From contig CAUUFA010000008.1 in NCBI GenBank assembly GCA_963544395.1, positions 12,243-76,242 of the forward strand: 64,000 nucleotides of DNA, written 5' to 3'. The notes below the pieces were generated by a model. It saw only the letters and a program-made list of their open reading frames with translations, was not told the DNA's origin and ran no database searches. The DNA is from an uncultured Bacilli bacterium (GTDB lineage: Bacteria > Bacillota_I > Bacilli_A > RFN20 > CAG-288). The position numbers and the translations under genes are program-made. Of the stretch, positions 17,988 through 26,645 are shown piece by piece; the stretch's first letter is position 1, and each line of letters begins with the position of its first letter.

Positions 17988-18013
17988 TAGAAAAAGGGCT
18001 ATGTATAGCCCTT
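17988..18013 (-). terminator. terminator after the 396-aa membrane protein gene
   Basis: AAGGGCTAT (17994..18002) pairs with ATAGCCCTT (18005..18013). On the minus strand it is followed by TTTTT. It lies only about 15 nt from the next start codon. Confidence 0.75.
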
Positions 18014-18025
18014 GATCAGCGACGG

Positions 18026-19216
18026 TTAGGAGCGGGCCTGATAGAGAGGCTGGCTGTTTCCTCCCTGAGCGGGAGGCGGAGTGATCTTCGAGGAGATCCA
18101 GACGACGCGGATGAGGATGCAGGCGACGATGGCAACGACGCCATAGGTGAAGTTCATGAAGCCGATCGCCATGGAGATGAGGCAAGGAGAGAAGGAGAGA
18201 AGGACAGCTTCCTTCATGCATTCCCAGTAATTGGTATCCCGATAAAGGGATGTTTTTCTCTTGTTGAGGAAGAGGAGGATCAAAGAGGCGATGAGCATGC
18301 CGGCAAGGGCGAAGATGGTGAGGTAGAGGCAGTTGTACCAAACGGATTTGATCGTGGAAGGACGGGAAGCCTGATAGAGGAAGGTCTGGAACTTTTTGGT
18401 CGCAGCCTCCACGCTGGTGGAATCCGAATAGAGGTAAGCGCCGAGCTTTGTCCCGGTGACAACGTTCTTGAATCCGACTTTGACAGAGCCGTAGTAAGAG
18501 GATCCGGCTTTCGTCGCGGTGAGAGAGGACTTCAGCGGGAAGGAGGCGACGCGGATCTCATCGGTGTTGAAAAGAGCATAGGAGTGCGGATAGCGCTGAG
18601 GCTTGTTCTTATCGTCATAGCGGAAGACGATGTGCATGAGGAAGTCAGAGAGCCAGGAAGCGGAGACGTTCTTATCTGCGAAGAAGAAGGCCTGAAGGTA
18701 GGTGTTCCTGCCGTTGTTTTCATAAACGACGGTGGAGGTGGTAGAAGAGGTGGAAGGCTTAGCGATCTCCTCTTTCTCGACAGAGATGCAGTCGAAGTAG
18801 TAGGCGTGAGTCTCTGTGGCTTTGGTGGTGGCGTTGGTATAGGTGTATTCGCTGCGGAAGAGCTCTTTGGTGTTTGTTCCGTTGTACTCGTTCTCAAAAT
18901 CAGCTTCGTTCTCCGAGTAATAAGCGGCATCATTGAGGGCAGCATAATTGAGGAAATAAGATCCGTCCGCGTTCTGCTCGATGGTGATGTTCTTGAAATA
19001 GTCTTTCCCGAGAAGAGTCTTGAAGCCTTTGTCGATCTCGTTGTTGTTGGTGGCAGTTAAGAAGGCGGAACCATCGGTCTGATAGCCTTTGGACAGAGCC
19101 GGGATCCACGGTAAGAAGATGGAGAGGACAAACATCACAAGGATGATGTACCACTTGGTCTTCCGTCCATCGAGGACCGCCTGGTTGCCGAATATGGATT
19201 TGAATAGATTTTTCAT
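18026..19216 (-). CDS. hypothetical membrane protein (1 N-terminal TM, ~280-aa extracytoplasmic domain, 3 C-terminal TMs)
   Basis: A coherent protein-like sequence rich in N/T/S/Y and TM segments. The equally long plus-strand ORF 17966..19060 is a low-complexity G/D/E/R shadow. Confidence 0.7.
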   Translation of the reverse strand: MKNLFKSIFGNQAVLDGRKTKWYIILVMFVLSIFLPWIPALSKGYQTDGSAFLTATNNNEIDKGFKTLLGKDYFKNITIEQNADGSYFLNYAALNDAAYYSENEADFENEYNGTNTKELFRSEYTYTNATTKATETHAYYFDCISVEKEEIAKPSTSSTTSTVVYENNGRNTYLQAFFFADKNVSASWLSDFLMHIVFRYDDKNKPQRYPHSYALFNTDEIRVASFPLKSSLTATKAGSSYYGSVKVGFKNVVTGTKLGAYLYSDSTSVEAATKKFQTFLYQASRPSTIKSVWYNCLYLTIFALAGMLIASLILLFLNKRKTSLYRDTNYWECMKEAVLLSFSPCLISMAIGFMNFTYGVVAIVACILIRVVWISSKITPPPAQGGNSQPLYQARS

Positions 19217-19431
19217 TTTCTCAATACCTTTACTGAATTGCTGATGACGATTTTATATTATCTAATAAACGTCTCTGTTTTACAACTATCTGAGCGATAA
19301 GTTTTTGCCTAGTTTTATGGAAAACCAGCGGAGGAAAAAGAAAGTCAGAAGGGATCCATAAAGCGAAACCCAGTGTAAAACAACTTATTTCATAGGATAA
19401 ATCGTTACTAGTTGTTTTTTCTTGTTCGCAA

Positions 19432-19460
19432 TTGATTTCACGAAGTCCATTCCGTATAAT
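19432..19460 (+). promoter_or_regulatory. promoter of the GntR-family gene
   Basis: TTGATT (19432..19437), a 17-nt spacer, then TATAAT (19455..19460). GGAGG SD before ATG 19501. Confidence 0.65.
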
Positions 19461-19500
19461 CAGAGTATCTGAAAAAACAGATCACGGAGGAAATTAAATT

Positions 19501-20154
19501 ATGGCTAAGGAAAGAAGTACGCCTCGTTACATCAAAATTGCTCAGGACGTCTGCGGTAAGATTCTCACCGGCGAGTATCCGGAAGGAACACTGCTTAAGG
19601 GTCGCTCCGTTCTCGGTGCTTCCTATGGCGTCTCTCCGGAGACGGTCAGAAAGGCTCTCAACATCCTGGAGAAGGAGAAGGTCGTCTCTTCGAAGCGCGG
19701 TGTCGGCGTCTTCGTCGACTCTGTCTTACACGCTCAGGAGTTCGCCAACAAGTGGAAGGCTGAAACCCAGATCAAGGACAAGTATGCTACCCTTGAGAAG
19801 CTGCTTGAGGAGAACAAGGCTCTCCAGGCCAAGATCACGGATGCCATCGATGATATGAAAGATTCCTTCACCTATCAGACGACGGAAGCCATCAAGTTCT
19901 CGCAGGTCGAGATCCCGCAGAACTCCTGGATCAACGGCAAGACCGTCGGCGATGTCTACTTCTGGAACTATACGGAAGCCACCATCGTAGCTGTCATCGG
20001 CGAGGACAACATCGCCAAGCAGTCTGTCGGCCCGGACTTCGTCCTGCATGCCGGCGATAAGATCGTCTTTGTCGGAAGAGACTCTCTCACTTATGACAGA
20101 GTTCTCTCCTTCCTCACCTATGGTGTCATCAACCAGGGTGAAGACGCTCAGTAA
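19501..20154 (+). CDS. GntR-family transcriptional regulator with a C-terminal TrkA-C (RCK_C)-like domain
   Basis: N-terminal wHTH (SVLGASYGVSPETVRKALNILEKEKVV). The C-terminal ~80 aa (WINGKTVGDV...IVAVIGEDN...LHAGDKIVFVG) resemble TrkA-C. Confidence 0.8.
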   Translation: MAKERSTPRYIKIAQDVCGKILTGEYPEGTLLKGRSVLGASYGVSPETVRKALNILEKEKVVSSKRGVGVFVDSVLHAQEFANKWKAETQIKDKYATLEKLLEENKALQAKITDAIDDMKDSFTYQTTEAIKFSQVEIPQNSWINGKTVGDVYFWNYTEATIVAVIGEDNIAKQSVGPDFVLHAGDKIVFVGRDSLTYDRVLSFLTYGVINQGEDAQ

Positions 20155-20175
20155 TCTTCTTCGTAACGTATCTCT

Positions 20176-20204
20176 AGGCTGTCGCTTCGGCGACAGCCTT
20201 TTCT
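20176..20204 (+). terminator. rho-independent terminator after the GntR gene
   Basis: AGGCTGTCGC, loop ttcg, then GCGACAGCCT, followed by TTTTCTGTT. Confidence 0.85.
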
Positions 20205-20271
20205 GTTGAAGGTGTGTTTTTCTTCTCTTTGCCGGCAAAAGCAACTATAATTGCCAAACAGGAAAAGCGAT

Positions 20272-21279
20272 ATGAGTTTAGACGAGGACATCGAGGCGAT
20301 ACGAAGCCGGCTCACCGGAGATAAGAAGAAGGATATCGATATCCTCTTTTCCTGCGCCGATGAGTTTTCTTCCCGTCCTTACACGAACCAGATCAACGAT
20401 CGTATCAGCGATATGCTCAAGGAAATCCTGAAGGAGGAAGATCCTACGGAATCCGCTATTCTTCTGCAGCACATTCAGCTGCAGTCTTCTCGAAGGTACG
20501 ATAAAAAGCTCTTGAAGCTGAGAGGGCTGATCCATGCCGGGAACTATCAGGCCGCAATCGATTTGAGCGAGGACACCAAGATTCAGGTTGAGGAGGCGAT
20601 AGACGATGCAAAGCGTTCTTCGGGGGAAAACCCTTTGACGTTCCGTTTCTTCTTCTCTGGGATGGAAGCCGCTTTATCGGATACGTACTTTCCTGGTCCC
20701 AACACCGTGCGCCTTCCTTTTGACTTTGTCTCTCTGATGATGCTGAGAGCTCAGGCGTTCTTTCTTACCGGCGACAGAGAAAAGTGTCTGCTTTCTCTGC
20801 ACACGGCGTTGGAATATGATCCGGTCTCTGCGGAGATCTCATTCCAGATGGCGGAGATGCAGATCAAGGCCGGAGATGAGCTCTCCTGCCGCATGTCGTT
20901 AGAGAGAGCCTGGCGCTTCCTTTATGAAAAGAGCGATTACCAGCGCTACTTCTTATTGATTGGAAAATACTATGAAATCCTGAAGAAGGACACGGCCTTC
21001 GCTCAGAAAATCAACCGAGCCCTTGCCAAGCTTGACACCCCGCTGAAGATGAAGAAGCGGTTGGATGAGAGCGCGAGAAAGAGACTAACCGAAGATGGAT
21101 TCGAGATCGATCTATCGGATGAGGTGAGGAACGTTCTCCTCGAGGCGTTGACAAGAAGCCTGAAGGTGAACGACGACGAAACGTATCTTGATGCGTTTAA
21201 GATCCTCGGCGGTTTCTTCTCCGATCAAGAAATCTCCGCTCTGCTGCAGGAAGAAAATAAGAGAACGCTGTCGGAATAG
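20272..21279 (+). CDS. hypothetical cytoplasmic helical-repeat (TPR-like) protein
   Basis: Track ORF 20251..21279. Start placed at ATG 20272 (AGGAAAAG upstream, TATAAT at 20246..20251). All-helical composition and no motif I recognise. Confidence 0.6.
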   Translation: MSLDEDIEAIRSRLTGDKKKDIDILFSCADEFSSRPYTNQINDRISDMLKEILKEEDPTESAILLQHIQLQSSRRYDKKLLKLRGLIHAGNYQAAIDLSEDTKIQVEEAIDDAKRSSGENPLTFRFFFSGMEAALSDTYFPGPNTVRLPFDFVSLMMLRAQAFFLTGDREKCLLSLHTALEYDPVSAEISFQMAEMQIKAGDELSCRMSLERAWRFLYEKSDYQRYFLLIGKYYEILKKDTAFAQKINRALAKLDTPLKMKKRLDESARKRLTEDGFEIDLSDEVRNVLLEALTRSLKVNDDETYLDAFKILGGFFSDQEISALLQEENKRTLSE

Positions 21280-22735
21280 AGTAGATGGTTTCTAATTCCT
21301 CTTCGGTTGCTAAGATGAGGCCTTTTCTCTCACTTTCAGCATCGAGGATGGCTTCATATCCATCCATTTCCCAGATGAGGTGCGTAAACACATGCCTCGC
21401 TTTCCCGAGGTAACGAAGAGACGCAAAGGAAAAGCCTTCTTTCCGCAATGTCTCTTCCGCTTCTTCTAACGTCAGCTTCTGATCGATGGTAAAGGGTTCA
21501 TAAAGAGAAGCCAAAAGGCCTTGATCCGGTCGCTTTCGGATCAAATAGGATTTGTCATAATGCAGGATGAAAATGGTCTTCGTAACCGTTTTCTTCTCCG
21601 TTTTTTTCTTGGGAAGGGGATAATCCGTCTCCTTTTTCTGCTGATGGGCTTTGCAGAAAAGACGAAGCGGACAGGCATCACAAAGCGGTATTCCATGAGG
21701 AAGACAGATGAGCTCACCGAGGTCCATCAGAGCCTGGTTGAAATCTCCGGGGCGCTTAGAAAGAAAAGGCAGGAAGTAAGCGTAGCAATCTTTCTTGGCA
21801 TCCGGTTCTTCCACCTGGAGGGGAAGTGCCTCTAAGCGGGCGAAGACGCGAAGGAGGTTTCCGTCGACCGCCACGGCGTTCTTCTGATAAGCGATAGATA
21901 AGATTGCATTAGCGGTGTAGTCTCCGATACCTGGCAGAGATACGAGGTCTGAATACGTATCTGGTAACCTTCCACCATATTTTTCCTGAATCAGGGTAGC
22001 GGCTTTATGAAGGTTTCTGACTCTTGAATAGTATCCTAATCCCTGCCAAAGCTTCAGGTAAACATCTTCTTTAGCTTCAGCGAAATCTTGAATGGTCGGA
22101 AGGCGCTCAAGGAAGCGTTGATAGTACGCTTTCACGCTCTCGACTCTCGTCTGCTGAAGCATAATCTCGCTGATCCAGACATGATAAGGATCGGGGCTGT
22201 TCCGCCAAGGCAAGTCACGTCTGTTATGGCTGTACCAATCCAGGAGACTATCTGTCAGTGTCCATTGCTTCTCATAAGCGAGGCGGGGCGTATGATCCTC
22301 TAAAGTGATGACGCCGCAATAGGAAAAAGACAGTTCAGAGAGCAGATGCCGCATCGGCTTATTGTCTTGATGGGTATCAATCCGCAGATGAAGATAGTTC
22401 CGAAGGCAGTAAAGCAGAGCCTCACGGCCCGCATGGTTTCCTAAGGAGGCGAGCCGATGAACGGTGTGATACTGACTCTCTTCTTTCCAGCTTCCTTCGA
22501 TAGCTTGATAGGTAGGTTCATCTCCGATCAGGGTGAATACCACCTGAATCTTTCCTTGATCATTTATGCCGACAAAGGAATTCCCGCTCTGGATATCCTG
22601 AGTGACGTTTCTTTGAAGCTTAGCTTCATCCGCCCACTGATCGGGATTGCCGCTCTTTCGCATAAAGTCAATGGCGTGATGATAAATCGCTAGGACCGAC
22701 AGAAGATCTTCGGCGGTTGTTTTTCTGAAATCCAT
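21197..22735 (-). CDS. mutY: A/G-specific adenine DNA glycosylase (MutY) fused to an N-terminal GNAT-like domain
   Basis: HhH-GPD (LPGIGDYTANAILSIA), Fe-S cluster loop C-x7-C-x2-C-x5-C (CLPHGIPLCDACPLRLFC) and a C-terminal NUDIX-like domain. The first ~155 aa look like a GNAT acetyltransferase. Start placed at ATG 22735, which is 7 nt after TGcTATAAT. Confidence 0.85.
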   Translation of the reverse strand: MDFRKTTAEDLLSVLAIYHHAIDFMRKSGNPDQWADEAKLQRNVTQDIQSGNSFVGINDQGKIQVVFTLIGDEPTYQAIEGSWKEESQYHTVHRLASLGNHAGREALLYCLRNYLHLRIDTHQDNKPMRHLLSELSFSYCGVITLEDHTPRLAYEKQWTLTDSLLDWYSHNRRDLPWRNSPDPYHVWISEIMLQQTRVESVKAYYQRFLERLPTIQDFAEAKEDVYLKLWQGLGYYSRVRNLHKAATLIQEKYGGRLPDTYSDLVSLPGIGDYTANAILSIAYQKNAVAVDGNLLRVFARLEALPLQVEEPDAKKDCYAYFLPFLSKRPGDFNQALMDLGELICLPHGIPLCDACPLRLFCKAHQQKKETDYPLPKKKTEKKTVTKTIFILHYDKSYLIRKRPDQGLLASLYEPFTIDQKLTLEEAEETLRKEGFSFASLRYLGKARHVFTHLIWEMDGYEAILDAESERKGLILATEEELETIYSIPTAFSYFLPAAERRFLDRRRNRRGS

Positions 22736-22742
22736 GGCTCTC

Positions 22743-22751
22743 ATTATAGCA
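22743..22751 (-). promoter_or_regulatory. extended -10 (TGcTATAAT) 7 nt upstream of the GNAT-MutY ATG
   Basis: Minus-strand TGCTATAAT at 22751..22743. No SD between it and ATG 22735. Confidence 0.55.
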
Positions 22752-22783
22752 AAATCATCGGAGGTCATCGGGGGAGAGACTTG

Positions 22784-22813
22784 CAAAAAAAGACTGCCGC
22801 ATGGATTCGGCAG
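22784..22813 (-). terminator. terminator after the nucleoside ABC permease operon
   Basis: Minus strand reads CTGCCG, loop aatccatg, CGGCAG, followed by TCTTTTTTT. Confidence 0.8.
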
Positions 22814-22844
22814 CCACAATTAAGGTGGAATTGATTTTCAGGTT

Positions 22845-23804
22845 TCAACGTTCTTCCCGGAAGTAGGAAAGACCTAAAGCGGAAGGAGGCTGAGCGCCTT
22901 TCTTTCCGATGATGGAGGTGATGATGAGGACGACGACCGTGACGAAGTAAGGAAGGAGCTTCAGCACTTCGGTCATAACGGTGCTGGCGTTGATGAAAGA
23001 GGAGAGGATATAAAGGAAGGCGAAGATGAGGGAGCCGATGATCGCCAGAGAGCTTCTCCAGATGCAGAAGATGACCAGGGCGATGGCAAGCCAACCGAAG
23101 GACTGCAATGTCGAAGAGTTCATCCAGGCACCTTTGAGCTGATCCATCACATAGAAGAGACCGGCCATGCCGGCAACGATTGATCCAGTCAGGATCGCAC
23201 CGTACTTATATTTCGAAACACGGATGCCGGCGGCATCTGCTGTCGCCGGGTTCTCGCCGACAGCGCGAAGCGATAGACCGAGTCTGGTTTTCTTTAAGAT
23301 GATGGCCGTCAGCAGAGCGATGACTAAAGCGAGGTAGACGAGGATGCCGTGAGCGAAGAAAATCTTTCCAAAGGTTCCAGTCTGCTCTGCCCAGCTAGGA
23401 TAGGAGCGGATAAGTTGAGAGGCTCTGTTGAATCCGGATTTATCGATCCTAGTCATGAAAAAATCAGCAAATCCTGCACCGAAGGTAGTCAGTGCAAGTC
23501 CGGTGACGTTCTGATTGCACTTGAGGGTGACAGTGAGGAAAGCATAGATCAAAGCGGAGAGGGAGGAGATCAAAGCGCAGGAGAGGATAGCAGTAACCAC
23601 AACTGCGATCCAAGGGGCGTCAAGGTTCAGTTTCATGATCCAGGAGATACCGAGTGAGCCTCCGACGACCCCGAAGCACATGATGCCGGGAATACCTAAG
23701 TTAAGATGTCCGGATTTTTCCATGATGATCTCACCGACGCAGCCGTAGAGATAGATGACGGCGATACCGATCGCCTGAGGAAGTATGACTTGGAAGAAGT
23801 TCAT
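22845..23804 (-). CDS. ABC transporter permease (BMP/nucleoside-type, second permease)
   Basis: Polytopic RbsC-superfamily permease. 4-nt overlap with the upstream permease gene. Confidence 0.85.
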   Translation of the reverse strand: MNFFQVILPQAIGIAVIYLYGCVGEIIMEKSGHLNLGIPGIMCFGVVGGSLGISWIMKLNLDAPWIAVVVTAILSCALISSLSALIYAFLTVTLKCNQNVTGLALTTFGAGFADFFMTRIDKSGFNRASQLIRSYPSWAEQTGTFGKIFFAHGILVYLALVIALLTAIILKKTRLGLSLRAVGENPATADAAGIRVSKYKYGAILTGSIVAGMAGLFYVMDQLKGAWMNSSTLQSFGWLAIALVIFCIWRSSLAIIGSLIFAFLYILSSFINASTVMTEVLKLLPYFVTVVVLIITSIIGKKGAQPPSALGLSYFREER

Positions 23805-24967
23805 TTTGCCTGCCCTCCTTTTGAATTGGAAGGAAGAAGACCTTCGGTCACTAACAATAGGCGCTGACCGCTCTTCCGATCAGTCGGAACGATCCGATAA
23901 GAGACAAAGAACTGAGCGGCGATGATCATAAAGTAGATGAAGCCGACAACGAGAGCGGAGACTGCGGTGTTGGTGATGTTCAGCGTAGTCAGAACCTGAG
24001 CCATGCCATTGTTGAGGAAAGAGACGAAGAGAGCGGTCAAAACCATGAAGAAGGGGTTGAACTCCGAGAGCCAAGCGACCATCGTCCCGGTGAATCCAAG
24101 GTTGCCGTCGCTGGTCGTCGTGATGGTGTGGTTCAAAGCACCAGCCATGACTAAGCCGACTAAACCGCAGATCGCACCGCTGAGAATCAAGGTACGGATG
24201 ATGACTTTCTTCACGTTGATACCGATGTAGCGGGCGGTGTTCTGTGATTCGCCGACGACTTCAAGCTCATAGCCATGACGGGTAAAGCGAAGATACACAT
24301 AGATGCCGATCAGAGTGATGAAAGCGAAAAGAATCGGCAGGATGGCCGGCTGATTTAAGATCGCAGGGATGTTTCCGTGTGTCCTCGGAAGGAGCGTGCC
24401 TGACCCTGTCTTGACTACGGCATTGATGAAGATGGAGACAAGGCCGACTGCGATGTAGTTCATCATCAAAGTAAAAAGAGTTTCGTTGGTGTTGAAGAAG
24501 GCTCTGAAGATTGCCGGAATCAATGCCCAGAGGATGCCGGCGAACATGCTGGCCGGAATCATCACGAGGATGATCGCCCAATCAGGGACGTTCATCGCAC
24601 CTAGGAAGTGCATGCACATGATGCTGGCGAGGTCGCCCATCAGGACCTGACCATTGCCGCCGAGGTTCCAGAACTTCATCCGGAAAGCCGGAATCAAGGC
24701 AAGGCTGACGGTGAGCAGAATGGCGGCATCGCGCATCGTCACCCAGGTCTTCCTCTGCTGGCGTCCGCCAAAGGCACCTTTGATCAAACCGCCGAAAAAC
24801 TGCTCCGGAGTCGCTTTTGCAGCGATGAACATTATCAAATAAGCTAAAAGCAATCCAACAACTACAAACAAGAGTCGGATACACCAGGCTTTCCAGGAAG
24901 GGAAGTCGCTCCGCTTTTCCAGATGGAAGAGCGGCTCGTGTTTTTTTCGTTCATTCACCATAATCAA
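23801..24967 (-). CDS. ABC transporter permease (BMP/nucleoside-type, first permease)
   Basis: Polytopic permease. Overlaps the ATPase stop codon. Confidence 0.85.
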   Translation of the reverse strand: MIMVNERKKHEPLFHLEKRSDFPSWKAWCIRLLFVVVGLLLAYLIMFIAAKATPEQFFGGLIKGAFGGRQQRKTWVTMRDAAILLTVSLALIPAFRMKFWNLGGNGQVLMGDLASIMCMHFLGAMNVPDWAIILVMIPASMFAGILWALIPAIFRAFFNTNETLFTLMMNYIAVGLVSIFINAVVKTGSGTLLPRTHGNIPAILNQPAILPILFAFITLIGIYVYLRFTRHGYELEVVGESQNTARYIGINVKKVIIRTLILSGAICGLVGLVMAGALNHTITTTSDGNLGFTGTMVAWLSEFNPFFMVLTALFVSFLNNGMAQVLTTLNITNTAVSALVVGFIYFMIIAAQFFVSYRIVPTDRKSGQRLLLVTEGLLPSNSKGGQAK

Positions 24968-26579
24968 ACTCCTTCTCTGTTCCGGCTGTCATCAGTAGGC
25001 CGATCTCGGACTTGTTGGATTTTCTCGCATCGACCACCCCGGAGATCTTTCCTCCGGCAACAACAGCGATCCGATCGCAGAGGGCGAGCATGACATCGAG
25101 GTCCTCGCCGACATAGATGACGCAGACACCTTTTCTCTTCTGTTCATCGAGCAGATGATAGATGGTGTAGGAGGAGTTGATGTCGAGTCCGCGAACGGGA
25201 TAGGCGACCATCAGGACTTTCGGGGATGCGGTGATCTCTCTTCCGACCAAGATCTTCTGCACGTTTCCGCCGGAGAGCTTACGGACGGAGGTGTGGATCG
25301 AAGGGGTGTTGACTTCCAGCTCATCAATGACGGCATTGGCGACTTTGGTCGGACGCTTGCGATCGACGAAACCGAATTTGGACTTCCGATAGGAACGTAG
25401 CATCATGTTGTCGACTACGTCCATATTGCCGACGAGTCCCATACCGAGGCGATCCTCTGGAACGAAGGAGAGACGAACACCCATCTCACGAATCTGAGCA
25501 GGGGTATGATCCATCAGGTTGACCAGCCGGTCGTTCTTCTTCGGATCGGCATAGAGGATGGTTCCGCTATCATCCCTGATGAGGCCGGCGATGGAATCGA
25601 GGATCTCTTTCTGACCCGATCCTGAGATGCCGGCGATGCCGAAGATCTCACCGCTCTTTGCCGTGAAGGAGATGTCGTGAAGGACTTCCATGCCGTATTC
25701 GTTCCGGCAGCAGACGTTCTTCACCATCAGCCTGTCGCGGCAGTCCTTAGGCTCTGAACGGGTGATGTTCAAAGTGATGGGTTTTCCGACCATCATGTTG
25801 GTCAGCTCTTTCTCGTTGGTATCTTTGGTGTTCACCACACCGATGAAGGAGCCTTTGCGGAGGACGGCAACCCGGTCGGAGATCTCCATGACCTCATTGA
25901 GCTTGTGGGTGATGATGATGACGGTCTTTCCGTCGGCTCTCATATTCCTTAAAACTGAGAAGAGCTTCTCTGTCTCCAAGGGAGTGAGAACGGCCGTCGG
26001 CTCATCCAAAACCAGGATATCAGCTCCGCGATAGAGCGCCTTGACAATCTCAAGGGTCTGCTTTTCGGAGACGGACATATCGTAGACTTTTTTATCCAGT
26101 CCAAGGAGGAAGCCGTATTTCCCGCAGATGCCCCGAACCAGTTTCCTGGCATCTTTCTTGGAGGCATAATTGAGCGGTCGCTTGACCCCTGGGCTTTTTC
26201 TTTTCCAAAGATAACGAAGCTTCTGAGAGAAGGTCACATTCGGTTTCAATCCGAGGATGATATTTTCTAAAGAAGTGAAAATATCGATCAGCTTGAAATG
26301 CTGATGAATCATACCGATATGGTAGCGGAAGGCATCTTTCGGTGAACGGATGATGGCTTCCTCTCCGTTGACATAGATCTTGCCAGAATCCGGATAATAG
26401 ATGCCAGAAAGCATATTCATCAGCGTCGTCTTTCCGCTTCCGTTTTCACCTAAAAGAGCGAAAATCTCGCCTTTTTTAACTTCCGTCGTCACGCTGTGGT
26501 TGGCGGTGACGGAACCGAAGGATTTGCTGATGTTTTCAAAGCGGACGCTGACCGAATCAGAGCGCGTATGTGTTTCCAT
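24951..26579 (-). CDS. ABC transporter ATP-binding protein, duplicated ATPase
   Basis: Walker A GENGSGKTT and GISGSGQKE, signature LSGGNVQK, Walker B ILVLDEPT. Confidence 0.92.
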   Translation of the reverse strand: METHTRSDSVSVRFENISKSFGSVTANHSVTTEVKKGEIFALLGENGSGKTTLMNMLSGIYYPDSGKIYVNGEEAIIRSPKDAFRYHIGMIHQHFKLIDIFTSLENIILGLKPNVTFSQKLRYLWKRKSPGVKRPLNYASKKDARKLVRGICGKYGFLLGLDKKVYDMSVSEKQTLEIVKALYRGADILVLDEPTAVLTPLETEKLFSVLRNMRADGKTVIIITHKLNEVMEISDRVAVLRKGSFIGVVNTKDTNEKELTNMMVGKPITLNITRSEPKDCRDRLMVKNVCCRNEYGMEVLHDISFTAKSGEIFGIAGISGSGQKEILDSIAGLIRDDSGTILYADPKKNDRLVNLMDHTPAQIREMGVRLSFVPEDRLGMGLVGNMDVVDNMMLRSYRKSKFGFVDRKRPTKVANAVIDELEVNTPSIHTSVRKLSGGNVQKILVGREITASPKVLMVAYPVRGLDINSSYTIYHLLDEQKRKGVCVIYVGEDLDVMLALCDRIAVVAGGKISGVVDARKSNKSEIGLLMTAGTEKEFDYGE

Positions 26580-26645
26580 GTCTGAACCCCTTAATCTGCT
26601 TCACAAAGTACGCCCAGGGATTTTTCCCTGGGCTGTACACTCAAA

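Noticed and set aside
17966-19060. 364-aa plus-strand ORF antisense to the 396-aa membrane protein gene.
   Set aside because: Its translation is G/D/E/R/V low-complexity with no SD or promoter context. The minus-strand product has coherent TM segments, an SD-like context, a promoter region and a terminator.
21197-21279. 83-nt convergent overlap between the MutY and TPR-like genes, considered as a possible regulatory antisense arrangement.
   Set aside because: The conserved MutY C-domain appears to end about 20 residues before the stop. The overlap is most simply a non-conserved tail caused by the lack of an earlier stop codon.
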